Assembly: GCA_026770705.1 (NCBI GenBank)
Contig: JANJGN010000035.1
Span: 7,626,001 to 7,690,000, forward strand
DNA length: 64,000 bases
DNA from: Isurus oxyrinchus
Taxonomy: Eukaryota
Direction: 5' to 3'
Below, one piece after another: positions 53,101 to 64,000 of this stretch. A model generated the notes under the pieces. It searched no databases, was not told where the DNA came from, and saw only the letters and a program-made list of their open reading frames with translations. Numbering within the stretch: position 1 is the stretch's first letter; the number at the start of each line of letters is the position of its first letter. The position numbers and the translations under genes are program-made.

Positions 53101-53332
53101 TTATTGCATTTTGGTCCTATTGTTCCATTTAATTAGGTACTTAATTAGGTTAAATGCCATTTATGTTGGCATTTAAATAACGCGTCCGAGTTCTGGACTT
53201 ATTGACCTGCCCGCCTGCCGTATTATCAGAAAAAGGCCGAATTACTGTTCAACGGAGCCAGAAGTCAACACGACCCATGGAACACTCCATAAATGGGAAG
53301 AACTTTCGATCTTGGAGCTTAAAATATAGTCC
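50120..53332. mobile_element. Possible non-autonomous DNA transposon (MITE-like), split by a Penelope insertion
   Basis: Imperfect subterminal inverted similarity: GGCTCCGTAATACAGTAATT near 50211 versus reverse complement GGCTCCGTTGAACAGTAATT near 53240-53259. Confidence 0.4.
50740..52500 (+). mobile_element. 5'-truncated Penelope-like retroelement (RT + GIY-YIG)
   Basis: LVLILDNFSFNSSHFRQIKGAAMGTRMRPSYAC...LRYIDD (RT); CCSQCGLLYI...LRDRFAEH (GIY-YIG); 3' tail with hammerhead-like core at 52360-52398. Confidence 0.95.
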
Positions 53333-53590
53333 CTGATGTGATTTTGGCAAGTCTGTAATGTTTCTCCTTAAATATCTGGAAACTCCCGATTTTTTATGAA
53401 CATTTCTCCTCTTATTATTGTTCTGGGACCCTTACCCTTTTTTATGTCAAGCTGACTGTCCGGGTTTACTTGGAATCCATTCGGGCAAATTATCACTAAT
53501 ATCTCGCTAAGAACATGCATCCTGCCTCTGACTGCAAACTTCCAGTTTACGTGCCAAAAAGGATCGTTTTCATATCGTGTTTATACTTAC

Positions 53591-53958
53591 AGCCATCCCA
53601 TAGCTCCATTTGTTCCTGCCAGTATTGCTTTGCACTTTCAACCTGTTTATTTTATTTGATTTCATTTTATTTTAATTTCCGTTGTTTTATTTTGAAAAAT
53701 TCACCTGAATTCGTATTTCCGGTCCTTTCAGGTAGTTGTTCGGAATCCCAATTCCGAGTATACTTCCGTTTTGCATATTGTTACACTGCAACGGCAATCA
53801 ATGTTACCAAAACAATTGCACCGTTGATAGTTCCTTCAAGCAGCGGTAGACATTCCTCCTTCATTTTTGTACTATCTTCAACCACTGTAAGCTTAACAAA
53901 AAAAGTCTCTGATCTGCTAATGTTCAATAATTCAATTGATAGTTAAAGTATTCTGTAC
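53591..53958 (-). pseudogene. Transmembrane + juxtamembrane exon of a type I membrane protein (disrupted)
   Basis: tcatttag, then ...ELLNISRSETFFVKLTVVEDSTKMKEECLPLLEGTINGAIVLVTLIAVAV*QYAKRKYTRNWDSEQLPERTGNTNSG...QVESAKQYWQEQMELWDG, then gtaagt. Hydrophobic run followed by KRK. Phase-1 donors at 53705 and 53591. Confidence 0.55.
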
Positions 53959-55971
53959 CTAAATGAATTATTTCAAACTCCAACTTGATATCTTAAAAAC
54001 ATGTTTTCTTTTTGGAAAGCATTTGAACTTGAACTTTGATGTCCGCTTTTGCACTTAGTAATTTTACTTGTCAGTTAATAATAAACTTTTGTATTTATTC
54101 ACTAACTTATATAACTCATTGATGACTTGTGGACTACATGTTTATCGATTAGAAAAGTGGAACAGTACTTATATTTATTAGCATTGATCATGCTTTAATG
54201 CTTAAATAATTAAGCATGCTACACAGAACTGGTTTGCCGTTAGCAACTTAAGATATTTGTTTTGTTTAGTTAAAGCCTTTGAGCCCCATCAAGGTGTTTT
54301 GACGTCACGGCATTAAATTACATACATTTCTAAAAATAATTATTAAAATCAAAATACAAATGTTGAGTGCTCGATTTAATTTTTGTCCTGTGATTTTTGT
54401 GAACAAGGAACTGTTTCAAGTGGGTGCACCCAGGGTTCAATAATTGGTCTCTTGAAATCCCCGTACATATCATTGAATTGAAATTAATGCATGGTTAATC
54501 TGGATGGAGTATATTAGAAGTTAACATGGTATGCATATTAAGACACTCAGAGTGTGCAAGAAAGCTGCCGATCACAGAATATTATCACTGTTCTGTTCAG
54601 GGGAGAAATAAACTGCCAAATTAATTTATTCCAAACAGTTTGGTTCTAACTCATTTGGCGAAAATACACAAGGCAATGAAAATTACAACAACTGAGAAGA
54701 TACCAAGAAGGAAAACTAATCAGCAAACCTTGGAATATATGCCCACAGCTCAATTATTTAACACAGACATCTGGATTAGATGATCACCATAACTTACAGA
54801 AACACAGTTTTATTTTTCGAAGGTTAGAACTAAGATCTAGTTGGCGTGTCATAAGTGAGTAAATTAATATTTCGCTTCAAGTGATGTGCTACATACAATT
54901 CCTGTTATTACATTGTAGTATACAGAAAATATTTTGATATATGCTACAAAAACTAGAGAACTTTAGCTATGAAGGAAATATTAGATAGGGTGGTAATGTT
55001 TTTTTTTCCCTCTTGGAAGTCTGTGTGAATAGTTAGTTCAGAGAAGATATTGTAGACTGGCTTAGATGCACTGGAGAGGAAATAAACTATTGTCCTTAGC
55101 ATTGAAGCCAGCAGCTCCGGGCCCAGGGTGCAGGGGAGGGGGGCGGTGGGGTTACACTGGACTCAACAATGTAGATGATGTAAGGGTTAATATTAAAAGG
55201 TTCTCGAAATATGTGCCGTTACCCAATCATCATTAGGTTTCTGGAAGTCGTATTTCGTGCGTTATTTGGTAATGAGTACCAGAAACTAAATCAATGTTGT
55301 TGACATAACCTTCTCACAATTACCGACTGCTTCTAATGACCATAGCAGCGTAAGAAATATGTATTGAAAATAGAAATGCTGTCGACATTTGCTTGCATCT
55401 CATGTTATGCACACGTGCTGTGCAATCAGATCAGCACTTCTGTATTCTTTGCTCTTGGACTGCCTGAGCTACAAGAAAGAGACGCAAAAGTTAGAAATTT
55501 TTATGAATAGTCTATTTGTAAAAGTCATGCAACTTATCATACCATTGAAGCATTTGTTAAAATAATAATAAACATCAGAGTAAATGTTATTACACTTGTA
55601 AATGCACCGTGTACGAATCTTATAAGCTTTGCAGATTAGGTAATGATGTGGAATCGAAACAAGCTTGCAATTCTGTCGCAGTGTGTTTGGGGAATTAATT
55701 CATTCAATTAACATGAACATATTACTCGATTGGGATAAAGATTTGGAAAAACGTGATACTTAAGTCTACAAAATAAAGTTACAATTCAATATTATCCTTT
55801 TTGTGGTTGGTGGCGGGCAGAATGGCGGCGGAGGGCAATTATAACAACAAAAGTCTCGAAACATGTTCTGAAGAAAGGTTATTTAGAAAAATATGTGCAC
55901 ACAAATACGGAGCAATAAAAATTAAAACACATGAATCAATGGTTTGAGTTATATCAGAAATACAGTAACTC

Positions 55972-56246
55972 CTGTGTGTGTAAGCTGCCGTTTAAATAAT
56001 TAGATGCGTTTAACTGAAGAGAACCACTATCTATTTCTTTCACGAGGTTAAACGAAACTATTACGAGGTTATTTGTAACTCGTGTAACAGGCGTGAACTT
56101 GACTGCTGTATTTTCCTGAGTGGTCCTATAGCCATCATTTTCTCCACTGAGGTCTGTAAGAACTACAATTAATAATCCCAGCAAAATCCATCCAAGCAAG
56201 CAGGCATATCTTTGTCGACAAGGCATGGATGCAGCAACAGCAATCA
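55972..56246 (-). pseudogene. Signal-peptide / ectodomain exon
   Basis: Strong acceptor gttttctcttttgcag. ATG at 56226 gives MPCRQRYACLLGWILLGLLIVVLTDLSG. Later NLVKEIDSGSLQLNASNYLNGS resembles the Ig I-set DSGxYxxxAxN motif, with NxS sequons. Donor unclear. Confidence 0.5.
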
Positions 56247-57769
56247 CTGCAAAAGAGAAAACAACATTTCAGATGTTGTTATTGGAATGCAGATTGTAAG
56301 TTGGCCGTTTTGATTTCCCATATTCAACTTATTATTTTTGGTACATATTTTAATATTTGGCAAAATTTACATTGCATTTCTTTCCAAGCAGACCACCGCT
56401 TTTGCCTCTCACAAATTTCCTTTAATAAATGAGTCAAACAATTCATCTACATATCGATCAGAGAAGGTTACGATCTGTGCCGGGACTTGATGTGCAGTGC
56501 AAATTATTCAATCAGTCGAGGACGAGGGATAAAAAAGCATAATTTGACCAATAACAGGCACTTACGAAAATGTGGAATGGCAGCAAAGTGGAAACGATTT
56601 TTTGTTCTGACCTGAAGTCACCAATTAGTGTAGCATACCTTTGAGGTTTAGAGATTGCATAGCACTGCCTAATATCAGATTAATATGATTGCTGGAAAAG
56701 TAAGTTAGGATTGGAGTTAATACTCGGCAATTCATAAATTCTACAGGTTAACTATTCATGCCCATGCATTTAAAGCAGAACTTTTACATGAACAATCACC
56801 TTCCAATAAACAGTTATAGTGATTTAGGTCCAATTAGAAACTAATGCAATTTTTATTTTCAAAAGTAAATTATGATCATTCCATTCAACCATAGATTAAT
56901 TGATTTCGAATGGGAGCTTCATCAGACCATCAGGCGAATTTCACTACCAAGTGAAATGATGACTGTACTGGTAAATGATGATGAATCTATCCATGAACCT
57001 TCCAGAAAACATTTTATGGGAATGTTGGTTGGCATGAAGGGAGGAAATGATGCTGTCTTGAATTTCAGAGAGAGACAATATCACAAACTAGACTGGGCAT
57101 AAAAATCTGGCAGTTGAGCATTCAGCGTTCAGCCACTCCAAACAGGACAGTGAGATAAAAAAAATGATTAAGTTGAACATTTAGGAAAATCAGATTTACA
57201 AAATTCGATTAAAAATGCACACATCTGTCTTAGTGAAGAGAACAGAACCAGCCCTTGCTGTCTTGGTGCAGAAAACAGAACCAGGCCTTGCAACATTCGA
57301 TTAGCTGCATAAATGTCCAAAACGTAATCGCAAAGGAAATTATAAGTATAAATGATTGTTGATGTACAATAACGTTCAATTGAGTTATGGTAGCGATCTG
57401 TAGGGTGTGCCCACCATCTCTGTGATGGGAATTAATCTCAGGCACAACTCCTTTGGATTAAATCAGACAACAGGGCTGTTCTTCAGGAAAAAGTGGAATA
57501 AACACGAAAACGAAAATAAATAATCATGTGAAGATCATACAGTTATCATTCTTAATATCTTTTCGGGCAAATTAATTGCCCTAATTTCCACATTACATCA
57601 CTAGCTGCGATTCACCTTAACTTGGAAACTGCGAACCACTTTGCCACACAATGGCTCACAATATAAATTTAACTTTATTCATATTTATATGCGAAAGTAG
57701 AGTAATGCCTAGGCAATATTGGTCATAATATAATACCACAACGAAAGTAATTCCGAATTATCTAAACAT

Positions 57770-59087
57770 GAAAATGGAAGGAAATGGAGACAGATTATAT
57801 AAGATTTATTTGTATCTCTGCGCGTTAGGAATGAGGTTTAGCTTTAAATTTTAAGTTAGACTTGTATTTCTGTATTTGGTTTTTAAGGAAAGGTCAAGAT
57901 GAGTTTTTTAAATCAAATTATAAGGTCCCTGTATTTCCACATCAGATTTTAAAGATTATGAGAGATGTCAGAGCAAAGCAGAATCAGAATAGAAAACTGC
58001 TGCTGTTGCCGAGCAACAAGGGTACTGAGAAGTAGGCCCCACTCATAGACATGCTCACAGGAAAATGAAGAAGAAAACCTTTTGAGTTCAATTGGTTTGA
58101 AGACAGCTGGCAGGACATAACAGATATTGGGTTGTTGTCTACAGGTAAAGCATATTTTTCTCAAAACAAACAAAAGGTCCCGTGGCCAAAGGAGTAAGGC
58201 ACACACTGGAGATAGCTCCAACGTTAACATCCAGTCAAATGAAGTACAGGGACATTGAAATGGTCAAAGTAAGCCAAGTTAAGAGTGAAGAGCAGAGAAA
58301 AACTCAACTTTTAAGGAGGCAAAAGGTGCACAAAGCAGAGCGAAAACATTGTGAAGGCATGTGAGAAGTCAGAAGCAACAAAGAGACAACTGAGAAGGTA
58401 ACTCTTCGGTATGGGATGTGAAGCAGTGGTGTATTCCTGACGGCTCACGCACGAGGATAGATCGTGTGGAAGAGGGATTGAATGCATGTTGTGACCTGAG
58501 GAAAAGACCATCGGAAGGAGAGTACAAACCAATCGAGGACACACTTGCGGAATGCGTTGGAGAGAAAGGGTCCATTTGGGAGAAGATTCTAAAGTTAGAT
58601 CTTGGGCTGTGGAAATTGTCAACCCAGATGTGAAATGCGGAGTTCAGTGAGGGCGGTTGGCGGGCAGTGTGATGAGCATCAGCTGGAAGTTCAGGAAACA
58701 TCTATATCATTTGATTGGTGTGGAATCTATAACTTGGTTTCAAATGCTGGTGTGCCAGTCCTCAGGACACCTATTGGCTCATAAGGACTATGTACTTACT
58801 GTGAACATTAGGGTATAGAATTGCCTTTGTTACTTCAGTAATCCTTAACAATCGCTAAATATTCATTGCATTATAGATGTAGCAGGGAAACTATTGTAAT
58901 ATTCTTCTTTATTTTTCCTTGACATAAATGTTTTAGCTTTTTGTTAAGTTGATTCATCTATGCTGGTGACTTCGTTCAGTCGCATTGTACACATATCTGA
59001 ACAAACAGATGAAGTTAAGATCTGTCAACTCTTGTTCCACCCTGGGATAAGGTTTGTCTGATCGTAACATCAGGTTGGGTTCTAACA
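57770..59087 (+). mobile_element. Probable solo LTR
   Basis: About 1.3 kb of non-coding sequence ending ...TAACATCAGGTTGGGTTCTAACA, like Gypsy-type LTR 3' ends. The 5' boundary is uncertain. Confidence 0.5.
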
Positions 59088-59521
59088 ACAATAATTTCAG
59101 CAAACAAAAACACAGTTTCTGAAATGTTGAATGTTTTTGAGAGACAAGATGGAGAACAATATTTGCAAAAGATGTAGAATGGAAATTGGAATCATTTTTT
59201 TACAGTTCAAGAGAGCGTAAGAAAAAAAAAACATTAAACCTATAGACAATTAAGCAGGAAGGAAAATCATTATTATAGCCATGGAGCAGAAAATATGAGT
59301 TAGGAAAGCACTCTGTTATAAGTTACAGCATCGGAGATGAATTGTCAGGAAAACCGACCGGTTTAAAAAAGGCATCAAAAAGCAATAAGAATGCAGACAG
59401 GAACGAGTAAACATATGAGTAAAGATTAGAAAACAAAATCGTAAAGTTTTCCACAGGCCCAAGGAAAGGAAAGTCTGGGCGAAAAATGGGCACTAAAACT
59501 GGGGAAATATTATCAGAGTAC

Positions 59522-60005
59522 CACAGAATGACAGAATCCCTGAAGGCAGAAGAGGCCCTTGAGCCCATCGAGACTGCACCGACCTGTGACAAACACCTGA
59601 CCTAACTACCTAATCCCATTTACCAGCACTTGGCCAATAGCCTTGAATGCAATGACGTGCTGAATGTTCATCCAGGCACTTTTTAAAGGATGTGAGGCAA
59701 CACGCCTCCACTAACCTCCCAGGCACCACCTTCTGGGTAAAAAGCTTTTTCCTCACATCCCCCCAACATTTCCTGCCTCCCACCTTGAACATATGTCCCC
59801 GCGTGATTGAACTTTTAACTAAGAGGAACAGCTGTTCCCATTACACCCCGTCCATGCCCTGCTTAATCTTGTACAACTTGAACACTTCACCCCTTAATCT
59901 TCTGTGCACCAAATAACCCAAGTCTATCCGACATCTCTTCATAAATAAAATGTTTCATCTGAGGCAACATGCTTTTGAAGCTGCTCTGCACCCCCTTCAC
60001 TGTAA
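59522..60005 (-). mobile_element. Younger CR1 3' end inserted in older CR1
   Basis: FKVGGRKCWGDVRKKLFTQKVV...LTSFKKCLDEH...IQGYWPSAGKWD is the CR1 C-terminus. Tail TCTGTCATTCTGTG on the minus strand. Confidence 0.9.
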
Positions 60006-60799
60006 TCTATTGTTGTTGAGGACTGCTTAATAGAGCCTGTTGGGTGATGTGAAACTCAGGTCTAAATGGAAGCAAGGAAAGCTGGCAAACAGAAGTAGAA
60101 AACTACCAAATCAAATTCAAAGGCAATTGAATGAAAGGCGAAGAGCAACTAAGCTTAGAATATTACTGAATAAAGAGACACCACGTTATTTACCGACTTG
60201 AATTTAGCAAGGCACTTTGCAAGATTATCAGTATAAGGGTGGGGATGGGGGAATGGGTACATTGGAAGCAGCAATTTGGTCTATTTGCGAATTAAGTGCT
60301 GATAGGTTGGCAACTGGACTGTGAGTGCTGGAGACATTGCAGAGGAAATTGCAGCAGTGATGTTGACTGACCGTTTACTGCCAAGCAATCATTGAAATCT
60401 AAACCAGACAGCTTGAAACTTATTGGTAAAGTTATTGTCCTGATTGAACAATCAGGACAAAGATTCCTGAGTTAAATTTCAAACAATGCCTGGCAGTTAA
60501 TTGCCTTTCAACAGCTGCTGGAGCTATTAGACATGCCAACCAATCAGCACTGATTTCGCATGGAGTATTTTTTTTTTGCCCCGACCACTTTGCATATTGG
60601 AATGGAATTTATTTCGTGATGAGTGCATTACAAAATCCTCGCCATGTTTCGTTTCTTCCAGCAATAATCAAGCACCGTGTTAATAAGTGTCTATAAGCTT
60701 AGAATGCAAAATAGAAAAAAAAATGCAAATTAACAGACACTCTACCTGAATGCACACAGAATTCGCAGCAAAGCCAGAAATAAATGCAATTAGAACTTA

Positions 60800-63600
60800 T
60801 CTAGTTGCCATTAGATAAAATTGGAAAATATATGCAAATGAAAACTTTAGGACAAACGAACTTAAAGAGGACAGACGATGGGTTGGGGGAACATGTGGTA
60901 AGTTGTTTATCACTGATAATAAATTAAGGCATCAGTACGTTAGCAATGGAGTAATTCAGATCGGAAGAGGAAAATATGCACTATTTGGGTGGATCAACGT
61001 AACAGAAAGGGGCAGCACTTTTTATATGTTATCAAACAGTAAAGGCATTAATAATAATCTTAATAAACCAAGTAGCATGTAAAATATAGTTAACCTGAAT
61101 GACTTCATCCCGCGTATAAGCTGTGTAAGGCTCCAAAGCACTAATGGTGTTGACTATGAGTTTTTGGGGTATGAGTGGCGGTATTTCTGAGGAAACATAT
61201 TGACAAAAAAGACTCGAGAACAGGCTTTTTTAGCTGATGCATTATTCCGAAAAATATGGCAGCTTAAAATATTGTTGTAAAATAACATTTTAGGGATGAG
61301 AGACCATAATAACATAAAATATTACATTATATTTCAAAGACAGTAGTTCATTCTGAAGCCAATGGATTAAATTAACAACGGAAATTATGAAATGATCAGG
61401 AGAAAACTGAATGAGCTGAATTGGGAAAATTTGAAAGCTATGACGGTACTAAGGAGCGGGCTAGACTTTATAGTATTACGTTGTTGTACGCAGAAACTAT
61501 ACTTTCATTGAAGCCATTAAACCCAAAAAGAAACGTCAGTCAACGGTGGCAAAATAGTAAGTTAATGTTTTTAAAAGACCAATGCAAAAGTGGGACGGAA
61601 CTCCTGAAATGGTTGTACTCCTGAAGATTGGGAGGATTGTAGCATAGTGCAAAGGTGTGGTAGATACTGAGAAAGAAAGGGAGAGTATACTATATATATG
61701 TGAACTGTCAAAAAACAAACATAAAAGTGAACTGCACAAGTTTCTGGGTGCATGCAAAAGGGATAACTTTGGCTGTGTCAAATGCTGGTCAGGTTATTTA
61801 ACATTGGATACAGAAAAAAACGTAGGGAAACTAAATTATTATTTTTGTCAAACTACATTGAACAAAAACACAATATAACCACGGGAATTGGAGCTCGACG
61901 GTATATAAATGATATCGAAATGCAAAATGCAGCTGAATCTGGAAATCTGAAATGAAAACAAGAAATGTCCCAAAGAAAACAGCCGAAGCGGTCTGGCAAC
62001 ATCTCTAGAGAGGGAAAAAATGTTAAGAAATTGAGACCACATGAATATTCTTCAGAGCTCTGAACAAGATTCAGGCGAAATTGAAACGCTAAGGACTGAT
62101 GCCTGAGATGCTGATGTTTTCAAGCATTTTCTTTTTTTTATTTTAGCAATTAGGAGAGGGTTGTGTTGGGGAATTTATTAGGATTGAAATTTGTTGAATA
62201 CCTGAGTCGCGATGCTATACATCCCAACATTTTGAAAGATGTAGCTTTGGGGATAATGGATGCAGGTTGACCTGCTTCCTAAACCATTACATGTGATACG
62301 ATTTGTGCAGATTAGAAGGTAGTAAATATTACCACATTATTGAAAAAATGCAGGGAGAACATGGGGAACTGCAGACCTGATTCCCTTACGTCAGCAAACG
62401 TGAAAATGCTGGAATGTATTCCATGGGATGTGATAGAAACGTCCATAAAAATTATCTGAATTTTTCAAAGTCAATATGGATTTGCGAATTGGAAATCATG
62501 TTTGATTAACCTGAATTGTTCTTCTTGAGATTTTACTAACAGAATTGATAAAGGGTTTTCACTAAAGGTTAGTGTGCAAGTACACCAAGAAATTGGAGAA
62601 GCTAACAGAATGTTACCATGTATTCCAAGCGGTAGTGAATGCAAAGTAGGGAGGAAATGCTTCAGGGGTACAGGTTATGAATGACACAACATTTATTGTA
62701 CAGCGTACATTTTATTCAACTTTTTTCAGGAAGGATGTGCATGCATTGTAAGCAGTTCAGTGAACGTTTAAAAAGTAGTATTTGTAAGCTTGGGCTTTCT
62801 TATGATGAATGGTTAAACAGAATAAGCTTTTAGCCATTGGACTTTAGATGATTAAGAGGAGACTAAATTGAAGCATGTAAGATCCTGAGTGGTCTGGACA
62901 GTTTGGCTGTGGCGATAATGTTCCCTATTGTGGGAACATGCAGAACTAGTGGTCATTGTTTAAAAATAACTGTTCACCAATTTAAACCAGATAAGACTTT
63001 CCTTCATTCAGAAATTCGTGAAACTTCGGAACCCTTCCTAAAAGATGGTTGGAGCCAACTATTTCTATATTTTAAGGCAGAGCTGAATACATGCCCGTCA
63101 ATCAAGGGGGAGATAAGCAACAGGTTGGATGTAAATTTCAGGTTACTATCTCATCAGCAATGGTCTGATTAAATGGTGGAGCAGGTTCTAGGGATTGAAT
63201 GGCCTTTGTTGTTCCTAGTTTGCTTGTTCTTATGTTATTGGGTGAATTTAAATTCTTGGTTTTGGAGAAAGCATTTCATAGAGTTGCCCACAGGAGGTCG
63301 ATTAGCAAAACCATAACACATAGGTTAGGAGTTCATATATTGCAATGGATTGAGGAGTGTTTAACAGGCAGAAGACAGAAAGTAAGAATGATCACACCAC
63401 TATCGTTTTGGCAGGCTCAAGTTCGCAGGTGACACAAACCTAGGTGGGAAATGATGCTGTGAGGACGATGCAATGTGTTCTCGACAATTTGGACAAATTA
63501 GTGAGCGAGCAACAAATGATAGGTAGAATATAATGCGGTAAAATATGTGATTTTCCACGTTGGTAAGAGGAACGCAAGCGCAGAGCATTTCATAAAAGTT
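60800..63600 (+). mobile_element. Decayed CR1 LINE fragments
   Basis: GNCRPDSLTS; QSQYGF..KSCLINL; EKAFHRVAHRRSISKTITHRLGVHILQWIEECLTGRRQKV. Confidence 0.85.
61918..62146. mobile_element. Old Penelope-derived short insertion with inverted arms
   Basis: Degenerate tail in reverse orientation, then in forward orientation; same layout as 28841-29024. Confidence 0.6.
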
Positions 63601-64000
63601 TGTACCTTCATATTTTAGAGCATTTACTAGATCGAAACACTTTGTTTTTTTTTAAAATTATGTTCAAAATGCTCCACTTGCAAATCCTCAAATACCACAA
63701 TATTCCATTGCCGCTTTGCATACATAATTCAGATAGTTTCGACATTCAGACCCAAACCTTTGATATTCATAACTTGTTTAGTCTTTGAACAAATTATATC
63801 CTTTCAGATTTTTTCTCTTATTCAGTTCAGAGCGAGACTCATTTACTTGTTTTCGATCAATGATGAAAGCTTCATCATTCTGGAATGTTATTTTTTTTCT
63901 TTCTGACGCATATATCTTGCACGAAATTAACTGAACACGTCAATCCATTGTTTCGGAATATTGGAACTAATATAATTGAAACCATCCACTTGATCACAAT

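Noticed and set aside
53515-53946. 143-aa plus-strand ORF
   Set aside because: It is low-complexity and antisense to the TM exon, with no recognisable protein features.

Overview
Repeat-rich, AT-rich vertebrate genomic DNA with two assembly gaps. The repeat families and the NLR exon style point to a cartilaginous fish, probably a shark (inference). Most of the window is decayed CR1/L2-clade LINEs, Penelope-like elements (some with hammerhead ribozyme motifs), (TATC)n tracts, probable solo LTRs and a MITE-like element. Two non-repeat signals stand out. (1) At about 2.6-4.7 kb (+) there is an intronless block whose translations are colinear with bornavirus nucleoprotein (disrupted), followed by an uninterrupted 145-aa ORF resembling bornavirus matrix protein. 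This is a candidate multi-gene endogenous borna-like element. (2) A minus-strand NLR pseudogene has CARD-like exon pairs (duplicated by an old tandem duplication of about 6-9 kb), a NACHT exon, two internal LRR exons and a terminal exon with AATAAA. Upstream on the same strand lie a signal-peptide/Ig-like exon and a transmembrane exon with compatible splice phase, which suggests a type I membrane-anchored NLR. All homology calls are by-eye comparisons to remembered family motifs. No database searches were run, and repeat boundaries are approximate.
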